Below are positions 1 through 12,731 of a DNA stretch of 64,000 nt, in pieces (position 1 is the stretch's first letter; each line of letters starts with the position of its first letter). Below the pieces are notes generated by a model that was not told the origin of the DNA, made no database searches, and worked only from the letters and a program-made list of their open reading frames with translations. Made by a program: the position numbers and the translations under genes. Origin of the DNA: Eledone cirrhosa. Lineage: Eukaryota. The stretch spans positions 115,816,001 through 115,880,000 of the forward strand of contig OZ024742.1 of the NCBI GenBank assembly GCA_964016885.1. Direction: 5' to 3'.

Positions 1-1010
1 TCCATTACAAAAGATGCACAAAGATACAGTAATGGACTACACATTTCAGAAGTTCCATTTACTGCTGAAATGAAATACACAGAAAAAGCAAAGCAGGTAA
101 AAGTAACTGCAAAGAAATAACTGCTACAGAAACTGGCTAAGAAATGGCAAGGAAAGCCTCTGTATGGAAAATACTCAGAAAGATCTAACAACCCTGATGT
201 TGATAAAACCAATCAGTGGTTGGCATCATCTGGACTGAAATCGGAGACTGAAGGACTAATTATATCAGCACAAGATCAGTGTCTACCAAGAAAATAATTA
301 CCAACACAAAATTACCAAGCCAACATAATAAAAAATGGATGCAACCCATTATGCCGTCTATGTAAAAAACAACCAGAGACCATTGATCATATAATTTCAA
401 TGTGCAGTCCTATACAGGCGTGACAGAGCTGCACAATATATACATTGGATAATGTGTAAGCATTTTGACCTGCCCCATCAAAAGAATTGGAGGGAGCGTC
501 AACCACCTCCAGTACTTGAAAAAGATCACATCTCAATCTTGTGGTACTTTAGCATCCAAACAGACCGAAAAATAGATGCAAATCGACCTGATATAATACT
601 GAAGCACTTTAAAAAGAGGGTATGCCTGCTAATTGATATGTCCGTTCCAATAGACAAGAATGTATCTACCAAAATATTTGAAAAATTGAGTAAGTATAAG
701 TTCTATCTCCAAGAGATAGAAATTGGAAAAAATGTGAGAACTAAAACGATACCAGTGGTTGTAGGCGCTCTAGGAATGATACCTAAGGGGTCTAATGATT
801 ACTTATCACAAATCCCAGGGAGCCCGCGTATAGGAGAAATACAAAAGATAGTACTAATGGGAACTGCCCATATACTATGGAAGATTCTGTCAATAAAAGT
901 ACATGACAAGTCTAGGCCCCTAAAGATGCATATGTGTGTATGTATGTTCTTTCTTGAACATGGCGGACCTTGTTGTGTCTTGAGGTCACTGGTTGTGACT
1001 TGGTGATAAC
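1..1010 (+). mobile_element. 3' fragment of an R4/Dong-clade non-LTR retrotransposon (zinc knuckle + RLE), degenerate; a different subfamily from the copies at 6.5-27 kb
   Basis: Translation gives GLKSETEGLIISAQDQ, CRLC...ETIDHI and the RLE motif IQTDRKIDANRPDII...CLLIDMSVP...K..KY...IPVVVGALG (ORF 452-1006). Frameshifts are present. Confidence 0.85.
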
Positions 1011-1042
1011 TCGTATGAACATTAAGCAAGATAAATGCAACT

Positions 1043-3974
1043 CCATCCCGAACCGGCAGTCCCCCGTGGTAGCACTGTCAAGCGAGGGATTTTTTGGAAA
1101 TGATCCATCGTCCCCGGCTCCTAGATTCTCTGGAACAGACTGATTAGTTCGACTTCGTCGACTCCCAGAGCCTGTCCGAGTGCATCGTCTCACTTACCCA
1201 CCACTAGTCCTCTATAGAACTCGAGAGTGGAAGTTCCACTGACCGCATTGCCCGCCTGGTAGAGGGCAGTGAGTACCTGGCAACATTCCAGATGCCAGTC
1301 ACCCAGTGTCGGTCTCTTATTGACTCAGGACTGCAGCTCAGTCAAAGAATGGAGCTGCGGAAAGGCCCGTCTGACAAACGGCGACCACACCCGTTTCACT
1401 GTTTAGGCAGAATACTTGGAGATGCCGCAGCCTCAGCTCGTGTCTGCGCATCATTATCCACATAATGCCCAGCCCTCCACGTAGAGGGTGCTGGCAGCTA
1501 TGGACCGTCTCACCAGCGGAACCTGACCCCACCACAAGAATTTGAAGAGGATCAGCTCGAAGATGGCGAGTCGAGAACGATGGCATGGGACGACGGTCAG
1601 ACGGTAGTAGATGACGGACGCGATGTATGCGTTCGCCACCTCCGCCCGACCTTTCAGTGATATCTTTCTCGCAGCCCATTTCTGGGTGAGACTGGCTACC
1701 CTGCCTATCACATCGTCCCAATTCGAATCCACTCGAATCAAACCCCGAGGAACTTTACCGGCCCGTCCGTCCACATCCTAACGACGCTGTTGGATGGCAT
1801 GGACTTTCCTCTCCATGTGCCGAGTTGCAAGCCCACCAACTTTTCCGGATTAAATTTTGCTCCCGTCAACTTTTCAGATTCCTCCAATAAGTTGCCGACC
1901 ACCTCGATTTCTGAGGGGTCCGACACAATCACGGTTATATCGTCCACATAAGCCGACACAGGCTTTCCGCGTCCCGGTTCCAGTGGAATGCCCTGCAACA
2001 GCTCCAGCTTCCGCAATAAAGGCTCGAGAGTTAATACGTACAGAAGGGAGGAGAGATGGCACTCTTGACGTACCGATCGGAGATCTGAAACTGTTCCGAG
2101 AGGTGGCCTTTAATTTTGACCACTCAGAAAGTGGCGCTGTGCATTGCAGCGATGCAGCTTCTGAAGACGGGGCTGAAGCCAGCCGCCTTGAGGACAGCCT
2201 CCAGGTTCCGATGGTCGACCCTATCGAATGCTTTCGATCGATCTAAATTGATCAGAGCCCCACCGAATCCAGAAGTATCTATGATGTATCGCATCAGGTG
2301 GCGGTCGTCGTGTATGCACCTGGTTGGGATTACGCAAGTTTGCGCCTCCCCAACCAAATCCCCGACGAGAAGCGCCAACCTTTTCGCATACACGCTGGCC
2401 AAAATCTTAAAATCTGTGTTGAGCAGAGTTATGGGCCTGAAATTGTCTAATGTGTCCCTCTTGTTCTCGTCTTTCCTAATCAGCGTCACTACGCCCCGGC
2501 TCACAGAACTGGGAGTGCTCCCGTTCTCTTGCCAGTTGCAGTAGAGCGCTTCGAGGAGATTGGAGAACAAGTCTGGCATATTTACGCAAAGCTCGTAGGG
2601 CAGACCATCCAAACCGGGTGACTTGCGGTTCATGCAGCCGACAAGGGCATCCTGAATCTCGGCGGAAGTAATCGGCCTTTCGCAGTGCCCAGCGTCGGCC
2701 GTCGAGAGTTGCGGCAAACCATCGAGATAGGGACTGAAGTCCGCCACTGTCTCTGATCCGCCACTTCCCCCGAACAACCTAGCAAAATGTTAGTGAAAGG
2801 CCTCACACATCCGCCTGGAATCGCTCGTGTCCATCTCAGTCCGTCAAAGACCGAATCGTGGTCTTATTACCACGCTGCGCCTCTACCACGCGGGCCAATC
2901 GAACAGCTTTGTGTCCCTCGTTTCGTAGAGCACGCGCCTTAGCTCTGACCTTCGTGTTTCGCATTGAAGAAATGTTCTAACGCCATTATCGCCGCTAGCA
3001 CGTTAGTTGTAATGCCACTACAAATAGCCTCGTCTACCTTATTTACCAACTTCCCCTCCTTTCTATTTTTCTCTAATGCTACTTCTTTGCTAAACTCTAT
3101 CGACATTACCCTACTCTCTCTTTTGAGAGGCCCCTCCATCTATTGTTGACGACTCCCACAGTCAACCTTTTCTTAACTAAATTGTTGACCTGGTCCCTGT
3201 AAGCCTTACGTGCGGGAAATGACATGTTCAGCTTCCAGTAACCAGGTCCTAATCTACGCCTCTTATCTAGGTCGACCATACAACTCACAAACTTGTGATC
3301 TGAATAGGCGACCGTTTTAATACGTGGACAGCTTACACTATTTATGTCTATTTTCCTAATGAATATCCTGTCTATATACGATCTAGATGACCCTATGCGG
3401 TTAGACCAGGTCCACACTGGTGCATTATAGAAATATAGTCGGTACCTGTCAGACAGTTGGAATTGGCTAATCAGGTTCTTGAGGCTTTTGAACCCCTCGC
3501 TTCTATCGGACACTCCTACACAGTCCCAGCGTGCGTCTAAGATGCCGTTCCAGTCCCCCGCTAACAGTAAAGGGCTAGACGTACCCAGAAAGGCTTCCAG
3601 GCGTCTAAAGAAATCCGGCCGTCCTGCCCCATTAAGGGCGTAGACGCCACCAGTCTAAAGGCACCACCTTCGTTATTGTTAACGTCCAGGATCAACAACT
3701 TCCCGTCCGGGTCCCGGAAGATCGACCTTACCTGGAGATCGGAGCCTTTCCTAAACAACTCTGCCGCCCCACCTCTCATTCCCGGCCGACTAACAGATGC
3801 AAAGTTCTGATAGCCGTCGAAAATGGGGGTTAGTGCGCGGGTGTCGGAAATCCTGGTCTCGCTGACGGCAATTACATCCATTTCTATAGGCCTGAGGTCG
3901 TTGAGCAGGTTACTCTGCTTCCAGGACAATTCCAGGCCTCGAACATTTAAACTTACTACTCTTAATACGGCCAT
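1043..3974 (-). pseudogene. Tx1 ORF2 (APE endonuclease + reverse transcriptase), disrupted
   Basis: Consecutive ORF fragments 3561-3974, 3106-3513, 2124-2777, 1738-2016 and 1454-1774 are collinear with an L1/Tx1 ORF2. Confidence 0.9.
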
Positions 3975-6160
3975 GTTGGCAGGTTAAAAGAGAGAGAGAA
4001 AATGTTTACTTACTTCCGGGCTCTTGTGAAGGTCGGGTAGTTCGACCTCCATAGTTGGTGGGGTTTCTTTTGGGTACCCCTTTAAAAGTCTTGAATTGGG
4101 TTTTACGTTCGGGGATCCCACGTCTTGAGGAATGCTGTCTCGTATATCTTTGTATAAATCGAGCGACATTCGCACCAGAAACAAATTTTCCGGCACGCGA
4201 AATGTGCTCGATTTAAAAATGTCCCCCTCTTTTTGTATATTTTCACTTCGTGCTACGAGGCCCATCAGTTCCTTGTTGGCCCTCCTGACGAGCACGAAGA
4301 TTTTATGTTTTGTTAGTGTGATTTTATTTATTTGCATGGTTGTGGTGGTGATGGTTTAGGTGGTGTTGTTTCAGTTGTGTCTGTGTTTGTTGTGAGTGCG
4401 GTGTCTGTGGTTTCAGGTGGTTGTGTGTGTATTTGATCTTGCGTCTGTTTAGGATGTTTGCGTTTGGGGGATTCTGTTGATGGTGATGGTGGTGTTGATG
4501 TTGGTGTTATTGGAGAGATGTTTGTGTGGGTGGTGTCTGCATTTTTTATTGTGGGTGATTTTGTGCTTTGTTGAGTTTTCTTTTCCTTTTTGTGTTTCCA
4601 TTTTTGTATTTTGGGGGATTTTCCCTCAACTTCACTACTGGTAGATGAGGGGTCTGTGTCTGTAAGTGTGTCTGTGTTTGTGTTTATGTTTTTATTGATG
4701 TGTGTATTTTGGCGGGGAGGGGGGAATTTGACAACTTTCCTCGTTTCCCCCCTGGGTGGTCAATGTTGGTGGTGGTCTTTCTATTGGTGTTGTTGTTGGT
4801 GGTTTTGCCGGTGCTGGTGTCTGTTGTGGTTCTCGCCCCGGCGTCGGCAGCAGTGATGTCATTCGACCACTTGCATATTTCATCAGTTGAGGGCAGAAGA
4901 CTCGCAAATGGGTGTTTTCCCCACGAACAAAACAATGCGGCCTTTTGCTCTCGGTCATAATATGAATGACCGACCCATTCTGAAGGCGGATGTGGTCCGG
5001 GATTGTCTTCACATTCTCGGGCCGGATCTGGAGAAGTATCTCCAGGTCAACCCCAGACCAGTCCTCTCTGGCCGTTGTTGTCACTTCTATCGGGACGGTA
5101 TCCGTCCCCTCCACAATCACACATCCCAGAAGCCACCACATGTCGAGTCCTGTTGGATTCTGGGAATGCAGACACGGGCCGTTCTTTTTCCCATGTGGTA
5201 GCGGTACATTATGACCTTGTTGGTTTTGCAAGGAGTCATAGCGTGTTTATATAGCAGGGCTTCTGACTTAAACAGCACCTAAATGGTGCCTTACTGTCTT
5301 CCCCTCGCTATGTATTCGGGGTCATCTCTGATGCACCACAGCGCGACTTCGACATCTGCTTGTTGAATTAAAGCTGCCCTTTTGGTTTGTGCTGAGATGC
5401 ATCTATAATGCACCGTTCTGCGCTCCACTGCCTCAATAGCTTCTACCGGGACAGTTAAGATGGCCCTGGTTTGCTTCGGCTTGATGAGATTCCAGGCCTG
5501 GGCCAACTTTTCATCTTTGTTTCAGAAGTCCATGTTGAAACATGGCCTCTTTTTGGCTGCTGCCGCAGCGAAAGTGTTCTTCTTGTTGTCGTTGGGGTAT
5601 TGTAGTTGTTGTCGTTGTTTTTGTTGGTGTTGTTGTTATCACTGTCGCTGTTATCATTGTTGTCTTTGGTCCCGCCGTTGTTCTCGGTGCAGTTGGTATT
5701 GTTGCTGTTGGTTTGCATGTTAGTGGTGTTGATATTGTTGTTGCATTTGTCATTTTTTCTGTTATCTGTATTTTCTTTGACGCTGTTACCGTCATCTTTT
5801 TTCAAAATTTGAGTTCTTAATGTTGTTATCATTGCTGTCTTTGTTCACATTGTTTGTGGTAGTGTTTGTTGTATCAATTTCTCTTAATTTGGCCGTAGTG
5901 CTACTGTCAGATTTTAAATCGTTGTCGCACGACAGCAGACATATCGCTGGGGGCGTCGCCCAGCCATTTTCTTTTTTTCGATAATTTTTTTAAAATGTAA
6001 AAGAGTTCAAATATTTGGTAAAAAAGGCCCAGATATTGTTCTTTCCTCTTCACAGGACAAAGTCCAAGGGCTTATATGTCTTTCACAACAACAACAAATT
6101 CAATAAATAAGTTTTGCCAGGTAAACTTACGAGAGCGAGCAAAATGACATCCGTTCAGTC
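1043..6160 (-). mobile_element. Tx1/L1-clade non-LTR retrotransposon copy A: 5' end, ORF1 and ORF2 present, 3'-truncated, multiple stops
   Basis: ORF2 starts at 3974 (MAVLRVVSLNVRGL, APE; GDWNG; SDHKFV; PGYWKLN). RT motifs KSPGLDGLPYE, NFRPITLLNTDFKILA, LDRSKAFDRVDH and AYVDD are present. ORF1 fragments (5832-4000) carry a degenerate CCHC knuckle (HCFVRGENTHLRVFCP). The 5' end abuts (TAA)n at 6161. Confidence 0.9.

Positions 6161-6206
<46 letters not shown>
6161..6206. repeat. (TAA)n microsatellite at the junction between the Tx1 5' end and a Dong fragment
   Basis: Read directly; about 15 TAA units. Confidence 0.95.
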
Positions 6207-6207
<1 letters not shown>

Positions 6208-6458
6208 GTTTTTGGACAAGGAAAACAGATCGTGCCTGATTGTAGATGTGGCCTGCCCATTCGACACGAGAGTTCAAGAGAAGCAGACGGAGAAAATTAA
6301 CCGATACCAGGACTTAAAGTGGGAGGTAAAAAGGCATGGTTGCTGGGAACAGCAAGAACCCTCCGATACGTCCTGAATATCTGAGGCTGCAGGTAGTGGC
6401 TTGATATTCATTTCAACAAACTTTCCAGTTAACTAACATCAATGACTGAAACTCAAAG
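6207..6458 (+). mobile_element. Short 5'-truncated, internally deleted R4/Dong 3' end
   Basis: Matches 8895-9268 of the adjacent copy, but lacks about 130 bp between two AAAAGG motifs. Confidence 0.85.
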
Positions 6459-6500
6459 AACAATAATAATAATAATGATTTCTTTATTATTATTTATAAC

Positions 6501-6534
<34 letters not shown>

Positions 6535-6559
6535 CTTTCTTTATTAATCACATGTTAAT

Positions 6560-9269
6560 GGCAGAGCAGAGCCTTGGTGGAAGGAACGACTGAGTGGTCA
6601 AATCAAGGAAATGAGAAATGACGTAGGAAAGCTTGAGTCACTACAGAATGGGACACTAAAAAACATAGGAACTAAAAATAGACTGGAAATAAAGTACAAA
6701 ACTAGGAGGAAAAAGCTAAATATTATCATAGAGGAACTGAAGCAACGCATTGTAGCAAAGAGTGCAAAAATCAGGCGATACGAGAACAGAGTCAGTCAGT
6801 ATAAACAGAACCGCATGTTCGACAACAACTAGAAGATGCTGTTTGGACAGCTTGAGGGGAAAGAAAGAGGCAACGACTTGATCCCTGAGGCGGAACAAAC
6901 TAAAACATTCTGGAGAGGAATATGGGAACAGGATGTTAGACATAATGACCAGGCAGGGTGGATTGAGACAGTACAGAGGGAGATCGGTGAGCAGGCACAC
7001 CAACAAACTGATTTGAGTATCACAGTTGAAACTCTTAAGGGGCAGGCAAAAAAACTAACCAACTGGAAATCACCAAGCCCAGATGGTGTGCAGGGGTATT
7101 GGATTAAAAATTTAACATCCCTCCACCCGAAACTGACGGCCATGTTCAATGACTGCTTGGTGTCGGGTGAGGTGCCAGAGTGGTTGACAAAAGGTACCAC
7201 AGTTCTGATAATGAAAGACCGAATCAAGGGTAATGATGTTACCAACTATAGACCTATCACATGTCTGCCCGTAATGTGGAAACTGTTGACGAGCATTGTG
7301 TCTGAGGAAATCTACCATCACCTCCACACAAATAACTTGTTACCGGACGAAAAGAAAGGATGCCGAAAGAAGTCACGTGGTACAAAGGACCAGTTACTTA
7401 TTGATAAGATGGTAATGGGGAATTGCAGGAGGAGACACACTGATCTTGCCATGGGATGGATAGACTACAGAACGGCATTTGACATGGTGCCTCACTCTTG
7501 GATCACCAAAAGCCTGGAGATCTTCAAGGTGGCAGATAACATCAGACAGTTGCTGGGCAGGAGTATGGGGTCCTGGGAGACAGAGTTGACATCGACTGGA
7601 GTATCCTTGGGAAGCGTGAAGATCAAGAGAGGTATCTTCCAGGGAGATAGCCTGTCCCCTCTGTTGTTTGTCCTTGCCCTGATGCCTTTGACCATTATGC
7701 TGCGAAGAGTGAGAGCAGGATACAAGTTGGGAAAGGGAGAGCTTACCATCAATCACCTCCTCTTCATGGACGATCTTAAGCTCTTCGGGAAGAGTGAGAA
7801 GGAGTTGGATGTGCTTGTTGACACTGTCCGCATTTTCAGCAGTGATATATGTATGCAGTTTGGTATTAGTAAGTGTGGAGTCATTGTGAGGTAGGTTGAG
7901 CAGAAGTAACGCAATCCAGATACCAACAGGTGAGATGATAAACGAAATTGACTCTGAGGAAGGATACAAGTATTTGGGCGTTCTGGAGGCTGATGGCATA
8001 AAGAATAAAAAAAATGAAGGAATTGTTAAGAACTGAATACATTCGGAGAATAAGGAGCGTATTGAAGTCACATCTGAACAGCAGAAATGCCATAAGCGCA
8101 GTAAATTCCCGAGCTGTGTCTATTATTAGGTACAGTGCGGGAATTCTGAGATGGAATGTTGCTGAACAAAAAGAAATGGATAGGAAGACTAGGAAGCTAT
8201 TGACTATCTACAACATGTTCCACAAGAAGAGTTATGTCGATAGACTCTGCCTAAGGAGAACTGAGGGTGGAAGAGGTCTTATCAGCATAGAGGACTGTGT
8301 TCAGATGGAGAAAAACAACCTATACAAATACGTGACTGATAGTAAGGAGCCAATGCTCAGAACTGTACTGAAGGAGGGGACAGTAGGCCAGGGGATGTCC
8401 AAGGAGGAAATAACATCAAGGAGAAAGAGCAGCCTTCAGGGAAAATCGCTTCATAGTACCTTCTTTGAGATAACTGAATTTAGAGATCCACAGACATGGA
8501 ACTGTTTGAGAAGAGGAGACCTCAAAAAGGCTACAGAAGGAATGTTAATGGCTGCGCAGAAGCAGGCCCTCAAAACGAAGTGGTTGAAACACCATATTTA
8601 CAAGGAGGAGGCTAGCCCACTGTGCAGGATATGTGGAGAGAGAGAGGAGACTGTGGCTCACATTGTATCCGAGTGTAAACACCTAGCCCAGACCCTCTAT
8701 AAGGGCTGGATACATGATGTGATGGGCAGGGTGATCCACTGGCACCTGTGCAAAGTAAACAATTTACCACATTCTGAGAAATGGTATGAGCATAGGCCAG
8801 AGGCGGTGATGGAGAACGATCAGGTGAAGGTGCTGTGGGATTTTAGGATACAGACGGACAAGAAACTGGAACACAATAGACCTGACCTGGTGGTAGTGGA
8901 CAAAGAAAAAAGAGCGTGTCTGATTATGGATGTGCCCTGCCCATTCGACACGAGAGTGCAAGAGAAGGAGAGGGAGAAAATGAACCGATACCAAGACTTA
9001 AAGTGGGAGGTAAAAAGGATTTGGAACTGCCATGAAGTCAAAGTGATCCCGATTGTCATAGGCGCACTGGGGATTATCTCCAAAAGTTTCCAGGGATGGT
9101 TAAAGAAAATCGGCCCCTTTACGCTTTTAGGAACGCTTCAAAAGGCATGCTTACTGGGAACAGCAAGAACCCTCCGATACGTCCTGAATATCTGAGGCTG
9201 CAGGTAGTGGCTTGATATTCATTCCAACGGACTTTCCAGTTAACCAACATCAATGACTGAGATTCAAGG
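6560..9269 (+). mobile_element. R4/Dong-clade non-LTR retrotransposon copy 1, 5'-truncated (RT + CCHC + RLE)
   Basis: ORF 6836-7894 has NWKSPSPDGVQGYWIK, NYRPITCL, GIFQGDSLSPLLF and HLLFMDDLKL. ORF 8014-9195 has CRICGEREETVAHIVSEC and NRPDLVV..D..CP.D..K..Y. The element ends in (TAA)n. Confidence 0.92.
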
Positions 9270-9296
9270 AATAATAATAATAATAATAATAATAAT

Positions 9297-9607
9297 GCTT
9301 TCTTTATTAATCACAAGGGTTGACGCAATGTAATACATTAAGGACAATACAGGACAATACAGGACGGTACAAATGTCTATTTCTGTGTGTAAGAAAAATA
9401 AAACACGATGTAACAAAATAGAAACATTGAAAAATTCCCCAATAGGAGGGACATTAGTGGATAAAGACCATTAAAAAAACCACGGTCACACTGACTACCA
9501 GGGCAAATACCCTCTCCCAGTTTTCACCTTCAGTTTACAGGCGCATACTCAGAGTAGGCCCATTAACTCGGGCCATGCTTGCCTCTCTCACCCATCTTTC
9601 ACCAATG
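9297..9607 (-). mobile_element. Tx1 3' terminal fragment flanked by TAA repeats
   Basis: Homologous to 19770-20090 and 24582-24900. A minus-strand AATAAA lies next to the (ATT)n tract, and TAA repeats occur at both ends. Confidence 0.85.
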
Positions 9608-9639
9608 TTAATAATAATAATGGATTCTGATATAGAAAT

Positions 9640-10010
9640 AAGACCATCAATTTTGGTGGAGGGCAAAGTAGATTACATCGACCCCAATGCTAACTGGTAC
9701 TTTATTTTATCAATCCGTAACGATGAAAGTCAAATCTAACCTCTGCAGGATTTGAACTTAGAACGCTCTACCGATACTGCCAATCCACCACCCTTGATTT
9801 CTCCTATTGGCATTAGGCCAGCAATTTTGGTTGATAGAAAATTGATTAATTCGACCCCACTGCAATATATGTGCTTTATGTCATCGACCCCGTAAGAATG
9901 AGAGGTAAAATTTACTTCGGCAAAATTTGAACTCAGAATGTAAAGGGCCGTAACTATATATATCAAAGCAGAGTGCCCGATGTTCTACCGATACTGCCAA
10001 TCCGCCAATA
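9640..10010 (-). mobile_element. Two tandem degenerate tRNA-derived SINE copies
   Basis: The motif (GATTACATCGACCCC..TTTTATC..GATGAAA..ATTTGAACTCAGAA..CCGATACTGCCAATCC) is repeated twice. The minus strand shows B-box-like GAGTTCAAAT and A-box-like TGGCAGTATCGG. Confidence 0.65.
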
Positions 10011-11210
10011 ATAATAATGATATACACATAATTTATTATAACTTCCGATATTTTAAGAATTTAAAATATAATTCAACTTTATATTCAATTTTATTATTTC
10101 ATGTTATTTGCTTTTCAATTTTCTATTTCCACCGCCACGCGATGGTGGCATGGCCTCTCTCACTCCCATTACACATTCCTTCTGTACTGTTAGGTTTTAC
10201 CCTCCACCCTATATTTCACTACTGTGTCTGTTATTGATGTTTTTACTTGACCTTACAACACCTCGTTACTCAGCACCTATCTTAACCAAACACGCACCCC
10301 ACCCGGCAATCCTCTGATAGAATATATATATTCCCTTTTTTTCCTTTTTTCTTCCTCTCGATTTCTTTTTTTCTTTCTCTCCCTCATGGCCTTTTGGTAG
10401 AAAAAAGGCTATAGGCGCGCTATGGATATATGTATAGTTTAAAATGCGCAGAAACAGCCGTGATTTGTGGTTTACTACTGATGAAGGGAGATTTCCATCT
10501 CTTGTTTGTGTCACCTTACCTTCTAACACCCGTTTTCAGTAACCACACAACCTCTCCTCTCAATCAAAATAATATATATATATATGAGTGTTTGTGTATG
10601 TGTGTGTATGTGTGTGTGTATGTGTGTGTGTTTTCCATATGTGGAAATCATAGCTATGATCGGTGCCTAAGTACAACACGAACAGTCAAATGAAGAAAGG
10701 CCCGATCTACATTCGATGATAGATGTAAAAATCAATTTTATTAGAGTGACAAATGTAAAATTAAATTTTAGAAGAGGTTTGTACAGGAGACATTAGACAC
10801 AGAATAACAACCGAATCACCTACCTAGATCAATGTAGCTTTCTGCAGAGGGAAAATTCATGGTACATACAAGAAGAACAGACAGGGATCACCAGCATAAA
10901 TAATCAATCAGTACTTGTATTGATTTACAGAACATCGTGGTTGATTGCTTCCGCTACAGTTGTATAGCGACAACTCTAGTGAGGTATAGCGAAAAAATAT
11001 AGAAAGATTCATCGGTTAATGAAAGCAGAAATACATTTCAATCTCAGCTCTCGACTTTTTTTTGCTAGATGTACATTGCGAATGGATATATTTAGAATTA
11101 AATCTGATAGTATACGTATGCATAATGAATTTAGAAATGTAACAGATATTGGTAAATATTCAAGATTTAGTATTTAAATATTTTATTTTCAGAATCTTGC
11201 CAAAGTAAAT

Positions 11211-11665
11211 TTATCTGAGGGAAATCCTGCAATTTGGTAATTTACAACTATGCTCTGTAGAGTTTACAGCGACTACACAAAAGAAATGAATATTCAAACA
11301 TGCACATTGACTCGGTTCATAACGAATCCCTCGACAGCGCCTGTACACAATAGCCGAGTTCATGGATGTGTCGATTGATGGTGCTTTGTTAAGGACCAGG
11401 TTTTGCCGACAATATACGTTAGATTGTGACTGACTGTTGTTCAACCATTTACAACATGGACTCATCTTCCTCAACTGAGGATTTTTCTGACTTTGCTTCA
11501 TATTCTTGACAAGTGTCACATTACTTGAAATGTCTAAACCAGTTGTGTACAACACGTTCCTTGACAGATCGTTGGCTTTCCAAATGATTACTTTCTCTCC
11601 GCAGCTCTTGGACTCTGTACATGTAATGGTTCTAAATGCAATGTTTTCACAACTCATTACCAAAG
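11211..11665 (-). CDS. Candidate terminal coding exon of a Cys-rich (12 Cys) protein of unknown family
   Basis: Stop-free for 150 codons in non-repetitive sequence. A pyrimidine-rich acceptor (tttattattcattttatAG) ends at 11666, the TAA stop is at 11211-11213, and AATAAA lies at 11182-11187 on the minus strand. Confidence 0.5.
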
Positions 11666-11838
11666 CTATAAAATGAATAATAAACATTTAATGTATATAT
11701 ATAATTTATGAAGATAAATAAAGAAATCATCAATGATTAGATGAGGTGTTTCTGATTAATGATATCAAAAAATTACCAAAAAAGGAAATTATCAGTGAAA
11801 ACTCGGAAAAGCTTTGCAATAGAACTGGTATATGGAGT

Positions 11839-11843
<5 letters not shown>

Positions 11844-11920
<77 letters not shown>
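11844..11920. repeat. (TA)n microsatellite
   Basis: Read directly. Similar long (TA)n tracts occur near 12640-12729, 28955-29005, 45053-45110, 47576-47638, 50410-50468 and 60850-60897. Confidence 0.95.
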
Positions 11921-11923
<3 letters not shown>

Positions 11924-12226
11924 TTTGTATGCAGAGGAACTAAACTCAATTGTTTTGTTTTTTTATACATAAGAATTATAACTATGAGTGGGATTCTACG
12001 TATAGATGGAACATAATAGTGACACTATTTAAGGCAAGTGGTGCATAATTCATAAAAATACATAACAAATGTAATTTGTATGACGGGCATTCCTATGGTA
12101 ATTTAATTACTTAATATTTATGCTCAACGAAATGCATCTCAGACAATGTAAAATGAATTTAATATAAATATTAAGCATATTGACTTTTATCTGAAGTGTC
12201 CGAAAGGAATGAATTCAAACTCTTAC

Positions 12227-12317
12227 TTTTTTCCATGTGTAGATTCAATAGTGAATTACATGTTTACACTTCATATTTTTCGCAGCATGGAAGCTTAATA
12301 AAAAGGTGTAGTTGTGC
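12227..12317 (-). CDS. Candidate upstream exon: 5' UTR plus ATG GAA AAA A (coding part 12227-12236)
   Basis: A GTAAGA donor at 12226-12221 is phase 1, matching the phase of the 11665 acceptor. The splice gives MEKTLVMSCEN... Confidence 0.35.
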
Positions 12318-12653
12318 CTGTATTAAATGTTTCTTAATCGTTCTAAAAGACTCTGTGTTCTGCATAAACCATTTAATATATAATTATGTGTGTATGTGTG
12401 TGTTGCATTATATGTGTGTGTATATATGTATGTACCTATGGATGTGGGTGTGTATGTATATATCTATTCATTCATGCATGTGTGGGTGTATTTATGTATG
12501 TATATATGCAAATGTATCCCAAATGAGATAGCATATGACGTTTTAATAAACCTGCACAGATTTATATTAATTCTTGAGAGTTAATTCGCGAAATGACAGG
12601 AAATCTATGTACATATATACATATATACATATATCTACGCATATATATATATA

Positions 12654-12731
<78 letters not shown>

